Origin: an uncultured Gemmatimonadaceae bacterium
Lineage (GTDB): Bacteria; Gemmatimonadota; Gemmatimonadetes; Gemmatimonadales; Gemmatimonadaceae
Assembly (NCBI GenBank): GCA_963761305.1
Contig: CAVXGK010000002.1
Coordinates: 1,664,001 to 1,728,000 of the forward strand
Length of the DNA stretch: 64,000 nt
Direction: 5' to 3'
This document shows, piece after piece, positions 1 through 9,531 of this stretch. Under the pieces are notes generated by a model. That model saw nothing but the letters and a program-made list of their open reading frames with translations, searched no databases and was not told where the DNA came from. The position numbers and the translations under genes are program-made. Each line of letters begins with the position of its first letter. Position 1 is the first letter of the stretch.

Positions 1-192
1 TGCGGCCGGCGGTCCGTGCTGGGGAATGAAGCCGCCGCCGACGGGCGGCGCCGGGTGAGGGGCGGGCGCCGGATGCGCCGCAGGCGTTGGATGGGCAGGC
101 GCCGGATGCGCCGGTTCTTCACCACGGCCACGCTGTGCTTGAAGCGAGGCGGCAGTGAACAGCGATGCTGCGAGAACGAGGATCACTTTCAT
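1..192 (-). CDS. Secreted Pro/His-rich hypothetical protein (5' part; runs off window)
   Basis: Manual translation MKVILVLAASLFTAASLQAQRGRGEEPAHPAPAHP...; GGAG RBS upstream of ATG at 192; signal-peptide-like N-terminus; not in ORF track because no stop lies in the window. Confidence 0.7.
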   Translation of the reverse strand, partial: MKVILVLAASLFTAASLQAQRGRGEEPAHPAPAHPTPAAHPAPAPHPAPPVGGGFIPQHGPPAA

Positions 193-252
193 TTTGAGCT
201 CCGTGTCTGAACGAACCGATGTCTGAAGTCCTGGTCGCGCTCCGTACCGGGA

Positions 253-519
253 CTATCGGTCCGGATGGTCGTGGCGCCAGCGCCAATAGTCACGCTGCTG
301 GTCTTCGCGACGAGTCGCGAACTCCACGTGCTGGAATTGGCGCTCGGTTTCCCATCGCCGGTACGCGACGTCTTCGCGGGAATCCCATCGGTGCGTGTCG
401 CTGTAAACGGGGTCGAAATAGCTCCGTCCGGCGCAGGCAGAGATCGATGCGACGGACCCCACGGACGCTGCGCCGATGACGAACGCCGGGAGGCTGCGCA
501 GAAGCAATCGAGTTCGCAT
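253..519 (-). CDS. Small putative lipoprotein, hypothetical
   Basis: MRTRLLLRSLPAFVIGAASVGSVASISAC lipobox-like; Arg/Trp/His-rich C-terminus (RDYWRWRHDHPDR). Confidence 0.65.
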   Translation of the reverse strand: MRTRLLLRSLPAFVIGAASVGSVASISACAGRSYFDPVYSDTHRWDSREDVAYRRWETERQFQHVEFATRREDQQRDYWRWRHDHPDR

Positions 520-650
520 GGTGGTCAATGAGTGTGTGTTTTGTTCCGCGCCTGTCGGAGCGCGAGTGCGTACTGCTGAGCTCATTGAGCAAGTACCGTG
601 CGGACTCTACGGCGAAAGCGGTTTGGGGGGCACTAAGATCTCATTGCGGG

Positions 651-780
651 TGAAAGAGCTGACGGCGCAACGGGCATCTGGGCAAAAAGCGCGGGGGCGA
701 ACAGCGCGCCCCCTCGCGCCGTTCGCCCCCGCGTCGTTCGGCCGTCGCGCTCTTTGGCCGTTGCGCCCTTCAGCTTTTCA
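651..780. repeat. Long imperfect inverted repeat (hairpin) downstream of VOC gene; possible terminator or REP-like element
   Basis: tgaaagagctgacggcgcaacgg ... ccgttgcgcccttcagcttttca, with inner cgcgggggcgaac/gttcgcccccgcg. Confidence 0.65.
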
Positions 781-782
781 TG

Positions 783-2104
783 TCAGCCAGGACCCGTCTT
801 CATCGTCGCCGAGATCTTCGCGCTGAACTGGAGATCGTAGTTGTTCGGCGTGCGCGTGTGATAGCTCTTGTACGTCGCCGTGTGGATGTCGTGCTCGAGC
901 GGCGGCGACGAGGCGATTGCGCCCGTGTCGACGCGCGCTTGCAGGCCGCGCTTGCACATCTCGGCCCACACGACGTCCGGGTCGAACGGCGAGATGCCGA
1001 ACGAGATGTGGCCCATCACCGCGCTACGCACGGCCGGCATCACGAAGCCCGGCGCGTTCGCGTTGCCGTTTTGTCCGCTGCGAATCAGCAGCCCGCCGAT
1101 CTCCGGCGAGATCTGCGTCTCGTTCTGACTGCCTTCGTCGCCGAGACCCTTCCAGCCGAGCAGCGCCTCATAGAACGCGACCGTCTCCTTGTAGCTCGTG
1201 CATTGATACGAGATGTGGTCGAGATACATCGTCTTCCAGCCCGTCGGCTCGAACGGGAGTTCGACGTTGAGCTTTCCGTTCGCCGGACCTTGGCGGCGAT
1301 TCTTCTTGTTGCCGTTCGTGAGCCACACGTCCATGCCGTCCGGATCCTTCACATGGAAGCTGCGGAAGTCGTTGCCGCTGTGGTCCGCGACGGGATTGAG
1401 GCCGCGCGCCTTGAGCGCGGCTTCGACCTTGTTCGTGTCCCACGGCTCGATGCCCCACGCGAAGCCGTCCCACAGCGCGCCGCCGCCCTGAACGCCGGCG
1501 ACCCTGGGCGTCGTGCACGCGGCCATGTGGCTCGGATCCTCACCGCGTCCGCCGCCGCCACCACCGCCGCCGCCTAAACCGCGGCCACCACCGCCGCCCC
1601 TGCCCCCCGCGGTGTCACCGGCTTGGCGAGTTCCACCGCCGGCAGCGCCGCCTCCTCCTCCACCCCACCCCCACCCCCACCCCCACCGCCACCGCCGCGA
1701 CCGCCGCGGCCTCCGCCGGCCGGCGGCGTGTAGCCGCCGTGAATCTTCACACCGCCCCAGTCGCCGATGTCCATGTAGATCTCATTTCCATCGTTGCTGC
1801 GAACCTTCCAGCCAAGAAACGCGGCGTAAAAAGCGGCTTCTTTTTCCGGTTCAGTGACCTTCATGTTGAAGTGATCGAGCAACACCGTGCGGTACCCGGT
1901 CGGCTCGAAGGGCGCCTTGAACGGCGTCTTGTTGCACGCGTCGCTCGTGTCGCGATCGCGGCCGGCGCACTGCCCTTGGCCAAAGGCGCGCGCGAGCGGC
2001 ACGAGCGGCACAGACGCGGCGGCAAGGCCGAGGGCCTGGAAGAGCTGGCGTCGCGAGATCGCTCCGCGATCGAACGCGTCGAACAATCGGGTTGGGTCGC
2101 CCAC
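783..2104 (-). CDS. Tat-exported tandem VOC/glyoxalase-like protein (frameshifted near 1665)
   Basis: ORFs 1574-2104 and 783-1526 join into one protein if one G is restored in the (GGGGGT)n tract; SRRQLF twin-arginine motif; two LDH-containing VOC repeats; clear paralogue of 9532-10665. Confidence 0.8.
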
Positions 2105-2191
2105 CGGAGGCTCCTGCGAGGTGTCGGGTGATGGAAGTTGCTGTGGTCAGCAGACTATGCTGCGAATTCCACTGACGAGCAAGGGAGTGAC

Positions 2192-2758
2192 ATGGCGGTT
2201 CTTCATCGGTGTACGTGGGCCGAGGGCGATGCGCTGATGCGCGCCTACCACGACGAGGAATGGGGCGTCCCGGTGCGGGACTCACGGCTGTTGTGGGAGA
2301 TGCTGATGCTCGAGGGATTCCAGGCCGGGCTCGCCTGGATCATCGTCCTGCGAAAGCGGCCGGCGTTCCGGAAGGCATTCGCCGGGTTCGATCCGAAGAA
2401 AGTGGCTCGCTTCGGCACGCGCGACGTCACGCGTCTCATGGCGGACGAGGGGATCATCCGCGCGCGGGCGAAGATCGAGTCCACGATTCGCGGCGCGCAG
2501 ATCTATTTGGAAATGATGGAGCGCGGCGAGCGGTTCGTCGACTTCTGCTGGTCGTTCACCGACGGCAAGGTCGTGAAGGGCAACGGCCGCACGCTGCCCT
2601 CGTCGTCACCACTCTCCGAGCGGATGTCGAAGGAGATGAAGCGGCGCGGCTTCAAGTTCGTCGGCCCGACGATCGTCTACGCGTGGGCGCAGGCGGTTGG
2701 AATCGTCAACGACCACTCGTCGCGGTGTTTTCGGCGGAACCAGGTGACGAATTCCTAG
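2192..2758 (+). CDS. tag: DNA-3-methyladenine glycosylase I
   Basis: RCTWA, YHDEEWG, LEGFQAGLAW, GFKFVGPTIVYAWAQAVGIVNDH...C motifs; GGAG RBS. Confidence 0.93.
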   Translation: MAVLHRCTWAEGDALMRAYHDEEWGVPVRDSRLLWEMLMLEGFQAGLAWIIVLRKRPAFRKAFAGFDPKKVARFGTRDVTRLMADEGIIRARAKIESTIRGAQIYLEMMERGERFVDFCWSFTDGKVVKGNGRTLPSSSPLSERMSKEMKRRGFKFVGPTIVYAWAQAVGIVNDHSSRCFRRNQVTNS

Positions 2759-2776
2759 AAACGCGACGAGCGAAGC

Positions 2777-3430
2777 TCACTCGAGGAGGCGCTTGAGCTC
2801 GGACACCTCCTGTCGCAAATCGGCCACTTCGCCGCGCAACGACTCGATCGTGTTCTCGAGAGCATCGAGTCGATCCGGCTCTTCGGGAACGACCGCGGCA
2901 GCCTGACCCGGTGCGGCGGGCGCGGCGACCGTGACGTCGCCGGACAACAAGTGCGCGAACCGCGCCTCCTTCTGCCCCGCCTGACGCTCGAGACGGGTGA
3001 CGAGCGGAGACGGCGTCCGCGCGGCCAACGCGTTGAGTGTTGCCTCGACGTCTTCGAGACTCTGAAAGTCGAATAGGCGGGCGGTGCGCGTTCGTAGCTC
3101 GCCGATCGTCTGCGATCCGCGCAGCATGAGCACGCACAGCGTCGCGATCTCCGGACGAGACAGGTCCAGCGCGTCGCTCATGAGGTGCATGTACTTCATC
3201 ACCCGCGCGTCGGCTCGCTGGATGCTGCGGACGAGCGAATACTTGCGAAGCCGGTCTACCGCGGCCTTGACGGTCGCGTCGTCGTACTGCACGACGGGGT
3301 CGCGATTCGACAGTTGATTGCAGGCGTTCGTGAGCGCGTTGAGCGAGAGCGGGTAGTTCTCGGGCGTCGTCAGCTCTTTCTCGGCCAACGAGCCGAGGAC
3401 GCGCACGTCCTCAGCGCTCAGCAGTTCCAT
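2777..3430 (-). CDS. YceH / DUF480 family protein
   Basis: RVLGSLAEKELTTPENYPLSLNALTNACNQ, LMLRGSQTIGELR, GQKEARFAHLL. Confidence 0.9.
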   Translation of the reverse strand: MELLSAEDVRVLGSLAEKELTTPENYPLSLNALTNACNQLSNRDPVVQYDDATVKAAVDRLRKYSLVRSIQRADARVMKYMHLMSDALDLSRPEIATLCVLMLRGSQTIGELRTRTARLFDFQSLEDVEATLNALAARTPSPLVTRLERQAGQKEARFAHLLSGDVTVAAPAAPGQAAAVVPEEPDRLDALENTIESLRGEVADLRQEVSELKRLLE

Positions 3431-3440
3431 GAACGACTCG

Positions 3441-4793
3441 CTACGGAATGACCCTCGGCCGAGCGGTCGCCTTGCGCGCCGCGACGAGCGAGTCGAACTC
3501 GGCCTGCTCGAGATAGGTCACGTCGATCCAGTTGTGCGCCATCTCGTCGACCGTGCGGTCGCCCCAGCCGATCCACTGGTTCGGGTCGGGGTTGTTCTTG
3601 TTCGCCGCGGTGTTGTCGTGCCATGCGGTGAAGGCGAGCGTCGTGCCTTTGGGCAGGAGCGGCGCGACGTCGTCGGCGTAGACGTAGTTGATGTGCCAGT
3701 TCCACTGGAAGTTCTTGACCTGGCTCAACACCTCGCGGCGTCCGTCGGGATAGATCGCCTCGAGCGACATCGCCGTACCACGCATGTGCATGTGCGGCTG
3801 GAAATTCTCCAGGCGCGCCGGCGCCTGCAGCACATAGAAATTCTGCGTTATCGTCTTCTCATTCGGCGGGATGTCGAGCTCCGAGTTCCGCGCCGCATTG
3901 AACATCGTGAGCACGGTGCGGTGCTTGGGGACGAAGCCCTTCGGGTAGAAGTAGATCGCCAACTCGACCTGGCTGTCCTTGTACTCCTGCCCCACCGCGT
4001 GCATGTGGATCTCGTAGCGGATCTTTGAGCCGGGGAGCATCAGCTTGCCGGCGTCCTTCTCATAGATCTGCCCCGTCTTGCCGACGGCCCATTCCATGAA
4101 CAGGCCGGGATTGTTCTGGTGGTCGTGCGCCGTGCTGGCGAGGCCGGTGATCTCCGGCTCGTCCTGGATCAGATAGGCGAGCACGTGATGGATGATCTTG
4201 CGATCGCCGACGCGCACCGGCTTGACTTCCATCGCTCGCACCCAGCGCGGTTCGGTGATCCCGGTCTCGATCGTCGGACGGTACCACTTGTCCTGCGTGT
4301 GCGCGGCCAGCGTGTACGGCGTCGATCGAATCACGAGATCCGGCGGACCGCCCATCTGGCCTTCGAGCTGCCAGCGATTCGGATCGGCGAACTCGACCGG
4401 CGGCGGCTCGTCGGCCGGATTGCCCCGCGGCGTGCCGTCGTCTATCCAGTTCACGATCGTCGCGATCTGGTCGTCGGTGAGGCTGCGGTCGTTTTTGAAT
4501 TTCTGAATGCCGACCGTCTTATCGATGTGCCAGGGCGGCATCAGGCGGTTCGCCACCTTGTCGCGAATCAGCTTCGCGTTGTCGACCGCGTCGTCGTAGG
4601 TCAGGAGCGACATCGGCGCGATCGATCCGGGCTGGTGGCACACTTGGCACTTCTGCTGGAGAATCGGCGCCACGTCCTTGGCGTACGTCACGTCGCGGTG
4701 CGTCCTCGCGACGGCCGGCCTCGGCCGAGTGACGAGCAGCGGAACGCCGAGCGCGGCGATGGCGGCGACAGCGAGCGTCGGGTACAGCCTCAT
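3441..4793 (-). CDS. Secreted cytochrome c + copper type II (PHM/DBH-like) monooxygenase-like protein
   Basis: Signal peptide; CQVCH heme motif; MPPW; HH, HMH and DEM putative Cu ligands. Confidence 0.75.
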   Translation of the reverse strand: MRLYPTLAVAAIAALGVPLLVTRPRPAVARTHRDVTYAKDVAPILQQKCQVCHQPGSIAPMSLLTYDDAVDNAKLIRDKVANRLMPPWHIDKTVGIQKFKNDRSLTDDQIATIVNWIDDGTPRGNPADEPPPVEFADPNRWQLEGQMGGPPDLVIRSTPYTLAAHTQDKWYRPTIETGITEPRWVRAMEVKPVRVGDRKIIHHVLAYLIQDEPEITGLASTAHDHQNNPGLFMEWAVGKTGQIYEKDAGKLMLPGSKIRYEIHMHAVGQEYKDSQVELAIYFYPKGFVPKHRTVLTMFNAARNSELDIPPNEKTITQNFYVLQAPARLENFQPHMHMRGTAMSLEAIYPDGRREVLSQVKNFQWNWHINYVYADDVAPLLPKGTTLAFTAWHDNTAANKNNPDPNQWIGWGDRTVDEMAHNWIDVTYLEQAEFDSLVAARKATARPRVIP

Positions 4794-5614
4794 GGCGTCA
4801 CCCTCACTTTGACGAAGCCGTTGGTCCAGCAGCACTGCGCGTGTCCGGCCGTGACCACTTCCGAATCGTTCGCGCGGACGCGAAGGATGTAGTCACCGGG
4901 CGTGCTGAACGTCGCCGACGTCGTCGCCGTTCCACCCGTTGGGGTGAGGCGCGACGACGGCGTGCTGAACGTGACCTGCGCCGGACCCTGATGCGTGAAC
5001 CACGTGAGCGTCACGGGATAGCCGCCGCGCGTGAGCCCGGCGCCGTCGTCCTTCGTGATGACCGTGATCGCGAGCGGCTTGCCGACGACGGCTGTGCGTT
5101 CGACGGTGATGCCGGCGGGACCGCGACCCTGCGCGCCGCCCTCGTCGAAGCTCAACGCCGGCGGCGTGTTGTTGGAACCGGCTTCGCCCTCGAGCGCGTC
5201 GATCTGCCACTCCTCGCGCAGGCTGCCGGGAATGGAGAAGGTCTGCCCGTTGACCTTGATCGTCCAAACGACCTTCTGCTTGTCGCCGAAATCAGCCGGC
5301 ACCTTGACCGCGAACACACCCCAGTGGCGGCGCGGATACAAGTACCTCGGCTGTCCCTGATTCGGGTCGCCGGGACTCACGAAGTTGTCGGGGCCGACGG
5401 GGATCGAGAGCACCTCGGTCATGTTGCGGTTGTAGTAGCCGAACGAAATGCTGTACGTGCCGTCGGCGTTCTTGTACCAGCCCTCGAACGCGGGCGTCGC
5501 GGTCTGTCCTGTCGCGGCGGGCGCGGCGAGCGGAACCTGGGCCACGCCGACTCGCGGCGCGACCGCCACTCCGATCACGCACGACACAAACCGACCGATC
5601 ACGCGGAGCCGCAC
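4790..5614 (-). CDS. Secreted hypothetical protein with C-terminal Ig/PKD-like beta domain
   Basis: GTG start with AGAGGGG RBS; signal peptide; FEGWYKNADGTYSISFGYYN; ATFSTPGDYILRVRAND; 4-bp overlap with the downstream gene. Confidence 0.7.
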   Translation of the reverse strand: MRLRVIGRFVSCVIGVAVAPRVGVAQVPLAAPAATGQTATPAFEGWYKNADGTYSISFGYYNRNMTEVLSIPVGPDNFVSPGDPNQGQPRYLYPRRHWGVFAVKVPADFGDKQKVVWTIKVNGQTFSIPGSLREEWQIDALEGEAGSNNTPPALSFDEGGAQGRGPAGITVERTAVVGKPLAITVITKDDGAGLTRGGYPVTLTWFTHQGPAQVTFSTPSSRLTPTGGTATTSATFSTPGDYILRVRANDSEVVTAGHAQCCWTNGFVKVRVTP

Positions 5615-5721
5615 GCCGATTTCCCCTCTGTGGAGGCCCCGGGAAGTTGTCGAAAGTGGGACCGGGGCGGCAAGCCCTTCGTCCCGGTTCGTGTCGCCAC
5701 CCGGGCTGGTGGGCGAATCCA

Positions 5722-5880
5722 GCATCAACGGGGGAAACACGGACACAGACGGATTTGACGGACACAAACGGAAACGGCAAAACACCAAACGCTTTTGTGA
5801 ACTGCGAAACCAGCTCCGAGCGCGGAGGCTCCGTTTCGGTCCGTTCGATCCGATTGTGTCCGTGTTCCCCCCGTTGATGC
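5722..5880. repeat. MITE/REP-like palindromic element, copy 1
   Basis: Arms gcatcaacgggggaaacacggacacagacgga / tccgattgtgtccgtgttccccccgttgatgc; second copy at 17662-17838. Confidence 0.8.
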
Positions 5881-5926
5881 CCGCCTTCAGGAACGGCCGG
5901 GGTGGCGGACGGCGCCCAGGGGGTGA

Positions 5927-7102
5927 CTACGACGGCAGCGGCAGAGTGAACGAGAAGCTCGCGCCGCCGCCGTCGTTGGCCTCGGCCCAGAGCCGGCCTC
6001 CGTGCGCCTCGATGATCGAGCGGCTGATCGACAGGCCCCAGCCCATGCCGTCGGGCTTGGTGGTGTACGATTCGCTGAACAGCCGCGCGCGATCCACGTT
6101 GGCGAGCCCAACGCCGGTGTCGCTCACCGTGAGACGCGCCGTGCCGTCGGGATTCAACGTCGCGAGGATCGACAGCCGCCGGGCGGATTCGTCGGCGACG
6201 TCCTCCATCGCTTGAATGCCGTTGCTGATCAGGTTGAGGATCACCTGCCGCAGCTGCACGCGGTCGCCGAGGATCATGCGCTGGCCCACGTCGAGCCGCA
6301 CGTCGAGGGCGATGCGGTGTTCGAGCAGCGTCGCGGACACCATCATGCACACTTCGTTCACGATGGCCGTCAAGTCGAGCGGCGCCTGCTCGGGATCGCC
6401 CTGGCCGAAGAGATGTCGGGTGTGGTGGATCACGTCGCGCGCGACGCGCGACGACTCGAGCACGTCGTGCAGGCTTCGTCGCACCTCGCCGAGATCGTTC
6501 TCGCCCCGCTCGAGCAGGCGCAGCGACGCGCGCGAGTTGGCGATGATCGCCGTGAGCGGCTGGGCGAGCTCGTGGGCGATCGACGCCGCGAACTCGCCGA
6601 GCGTCGCGAGCTTCGAGGCGCGCATCAGCTCCAGCTGCGCGTTCTGGAGCGCGGCCGCCGCGCGCTTCTCCGCCGTGATGTCTCGAATGATGCTGAGAAA
6701 CTTGTCCGATTCGCAGCGGACCATCCGCGCCTCGAATTGCCGCAGCTCGCCGGAGGGAATCGGCACTTCATATTCGACGATCACCGGTTCTTCGCCGTCG
6801 AACAGACGCTGGATTTTCTCCTCGAACATCGCCGAGAACGCCGGCGGAAAAATGTCGCGCATTTTCCGCCCGAGAAACTGTGACGGGGGGACAAAGAGCA
6901 GCGACTCGTCTCTCGCGTTGTAGTCCACGTACACACCGTCTCGCGTCTGGACGAACATCAGATCGGGGAGCGCCCGCAGGATCGCGTTGTTGCGCGCTTC
7001 CGTCCGACGGCGCCTCGCTCGACTGACGAGAAGCGCCGCGATCCATCCCGCCTGAACCGCGACGAGCACGACAACGGCGCCCAACACCGTCTCTCGGGAC
7101 AT
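5927..7102 (-). CDS. PAS-domain sensor histidine kinase
   Basis: One TM helix, PAS, H-box SIAHELAQPL, N-box NLISNGIQA, DTGVG, GMGWGLSI. Confidence 0.9.
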   Translation of the reverse strand: MSRETVLGAVVVLVAVQAGWIAALLVSRARRRRTEARNNAILRALPDLMFVQTRDGVYVDYNARDESLLFVPPSQFLGRKMRDIFPPAFSAMFEEKIQRLFDGEEPVIVEYEVPIPSGELRQFEARMVRCESDKFLSIIRDITAEKRAAAALQNAQLELMRASKLATLGEFAASIAHELAQPLTAIIANSRASLRLLERGENDLGEVRRSLHDVLESSRVARDVIHHTRHLFGQGDPEQAPLDLTAIVNEVCMMVSATLLEHRIALDVRLDVGQRMILGDRVQLRQVILNLISNGIQAMEDVADESARRLSILATLNPDGTARLTVSDTGVGLANVDRARLFSESYTTKPDGMGWGLSISRSIIEAHGGRLWAEANDGGGASFSFTLPLPS

Positions 7103-7266
7103 CCTCCATCTCCGTATTGAACCTGGGTGCGCTCGGCGGCGCCGCGGATCGGGGCTTCGCGTAACGCTGCACAAAGAGAACGTGCCTCGCCAGATCCCAC
7201 GCGCCGGCATTCCCGTTTGCCGCGCAACGCGCCATCATTCCGCCCGGTTTCCGCCCCGAGGAATGG

Positions 7267-9297
7267 ATGGCGTCGAGCGTTCGACGGTTGACCTGCGAGC
7301 ACATGATTGTAACGATCGCGTCGCTTGGCTTACTCGCGGGCGCGACGCGCTTGCCGGCGCAGGCCACGCAGCCATTGACGACGAGCCGGGGAGACTGGCC
7401 CAGTTACACGGGCGACACGCGCGGCTCTCGCTACTCGCCCCTCGATCAGATCAACGCCGCCAACTTCGGCACGCTCGAGGTCGCGTGGCGGTTCAAGACC
7501 GATTCACTCGGACCGCGCCCGGAGTTCAAGCTCGAGAGCACACCGCTCGTCGTGGGCGGCGTCTTGTATACGACGGGCGGGACGAATCGCGCCGTCGTGG
7601 CGCTCGACGCGGTCACCGGCGCGCAGAGGTGGGTGCATCGCGAAGATGAAGGTCTGCGCGGCGCGGCGGCACCGCGGCTCCTCTCCGGCCGCGGGCTGGC
7701 GTACTGGACCGATGGCCGCGAGGAGCGAATCCTCTACGTCACGCCGGGCTATCAGCTGATCGCCCTCGACGCCAAGACCGGCGACCGAATCGCGAGCTTC
7801 GGTACTGGAGGGGCCGTCGATCTCAAGACGGACATCGACCAGACGATCCTGCCCGATCTCGTCACCGGCGAAATCGGCTTTCAGGGCGCGCCGGTCGTCG
7901 GTCGCGACGTGATCGTCATCGGGGCGGCGTTCCGCGAAGGCACGGCACCGAAGAGTTTCAAGAACAATAAAGGCTACGTTCGAGGCTTCGACGTCCGCAC
8001 GGGCAAGCGGCTCTGGACCTTTCACACGATTCCACAGAAAGGCGAGCCCGGCTACGACACGTGGCTCAACGGGTCGGCCGACTACACGGGAAACACGGGT
8101 GTCTGGTCGCAGGTCACGATCGACGAGGAGTTGGGACTCGTGTACCTGCCGGTCGAGGAGCCTACCGGCGACTACTACGGCGGCCACCGACCGGGCACCA
8201 ATCTCTACGGCGAAAGCCTCGTGTGCCTCGACCTCCAGACGGGCGCCAAGAAGTGGCACTACCAGCTCGTGCATCATCCGATCTGGGACTTCGACATCCC
8301 GGCGGCGCCGATCCTCGCCGACATCACGGTGGACGGGAGGGCCATCAAGGCGGTCGCTGTTCCCACCAAGCAAGGCATCCTCTACACGTTCGATCGCGTC
8401 ACCGGGCAGCCCGTCTGGCCGATCGTGGAGCAACCGGTCGAGAAGGGCGACGTGCCGGGCGAGTGGTATTCGCCGACGCAGCCGATTCCAACAAAGCCGC
8501 CCGCCTATTCGAAAAACGGCACGTCGATCGACGACCTCATCGACTTCACGCCGGAGCTGCGCACGCAGGCCGAGTCGATCGCGGCGCGCTTCAAGCTCGG
8601 CCCGATCTTCACGCCGCCAGTGGCGAGCAAGGCGGGCGGCCCGCTGGCCACGCTCGCGCGCGGGCCGACGAACGGCGGGTCGAACTGGCCGGGCGGCGCG
8701 TTCGATCCCGAGACACATACCTTCTACGTCGCGTCGTCCAACGCCGCGCCCGTGGTGCTGGGACTCGTCCAGCCGAGCAAGGAGCGCTCGGACATGGATT
8801 GGATCGCCGGCTTCGCGCCGCAGCCCGGTGGCGCGCGAATGAGCATGGGCGGACTCAACGTCCAAGGGCTTCCGCTCTTCAAACCGCCGTACGGAACGAT
8901 GACGGCGATCAACCTCGACAAGGGCGAGATCGCGTGGCAGGTGCCGCACGGCGACACGCCGGACGGCGTGCGCAATCACGAAGCGCTCAAGGGACTGAAC
9001 CTTCCGCGCACCGGACAGCCGGGCTTCATCGTCGGCACGCTCGTTACGAAAACGCTCGTCATCGCCGGCGACCCTCAGGTGACGACGCTGCCGACGCATC
9101 CGCGCGGTTCGATGCTGCGCGCGTACGACAAGGCGACGGGCGCCGAGGTAGGCGCGGTGCTCCTCCCTGCCCCGGTCAGCGCGTCGCCGATGACCTACGC
9201 GGTGAACGGCCGGCAGTACATCGTCGTGGCGGTGAGCGGCGGGCCGTATTCGGGCGAGTTCATTGCGCTGAGGCTTGGAGAGAAGGTGGACCGGTAG
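7267..9297 (+). CDS. PQQ-dependent (quinoprotein glucose-type) dehydrogenase; start could be 7303
   Basis: DWPSYTGD...RYSPLDQIN, HHPIWDFDIP, KPPYG and SPMTY...GRQYI motifs; beta-propeller Trp repeats. Confidence 0.9.
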   Translation: MASSVRRLTCEHMIVTIASLGLLAGATRLPAQATQPLTTSRGDWPSYTGDTRGSRYSPLDQINAANFGTLEVAWRFKTDSLGPRPEFKLESTPLVVGGVLYTTGGTNRAVVALDAVTGAQRWVHREDEGLRGAAAPRLLSGRGLAYWTDGREERILYVTPGYQLIALDAKTGDRIASFGTGGAVDLKTDIDQTILPDLVTGEIGFQGAPVVGRDVIVIGAAFREGTAPKSFKNNKGYVRGFDVRTGKRLWTFHTIPQKGEPGYDTWLNGSADYTGNTGVWSQVTIDEELGLVYLPVEEPTGDYYGGHRPGTNLYGESLVCLDLQTGAKKWHYQLVHHPIWDFDIPAAPILADITVDGRAIKAVAVPTKQGILYTFDRVTGQPVWPIVEQPVEKGDVPGEWYSPTQPIPTKPPAYSKNGTSIDDLIDFTPELRTQAESIAARFKLGPIFTPPVASKAGGPLATLARGPTNGGSNWPGGAFDPETHTFYVASSNAAPVVLGLVQPSKERSDMDWIAGFAPQPGGARMSMGGLNVQGLPLFKPPYGTMTAINLDKGEIAWQVPHGDTPDGVRNHEALKGLNLPRTGQPGFIVGTLVTKTLVIAGDPQVTTLPTHPRGSMLRAYDKATGAEVGAVLLPAPVSASPMTYAVNGRQYIVVAVSGGPYSGEFIALRLGEKVDR

Positions 9298-9506
9298 ACC
9301 GGTGGACCGGTGGACCGGTGAACCGGTGAACCGGTGGACTGGCAGAAACGGCGAGCTAACTAAAGGGTGGCCGTTTGCGCTAAGCGACGGAGGCGATCCA
9401 TTTTGGGCTCGCGAGTGGCTTAGCGGTCTACCGGTCTACCGGTCTACCGGTCTACCGGTCTACCGGTCTACCGGTCTACCGGTCCACCGGTCCACCAGTC
9501 CACCGG
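9285..9506. repeat. Inverted pair of 8-bp tandem arrays (GGTGGACC x7 / CGGTCTAC-CGGTCCAC x10)
   Basis: Directly visible; arms 9285-9342 and 9424-9506 are reverse complements around an ~80-bp spacer. Confidence 0.9.
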
Positions 9507-9531
9507 CCGACCGCCTCACGAGGAGACGACG

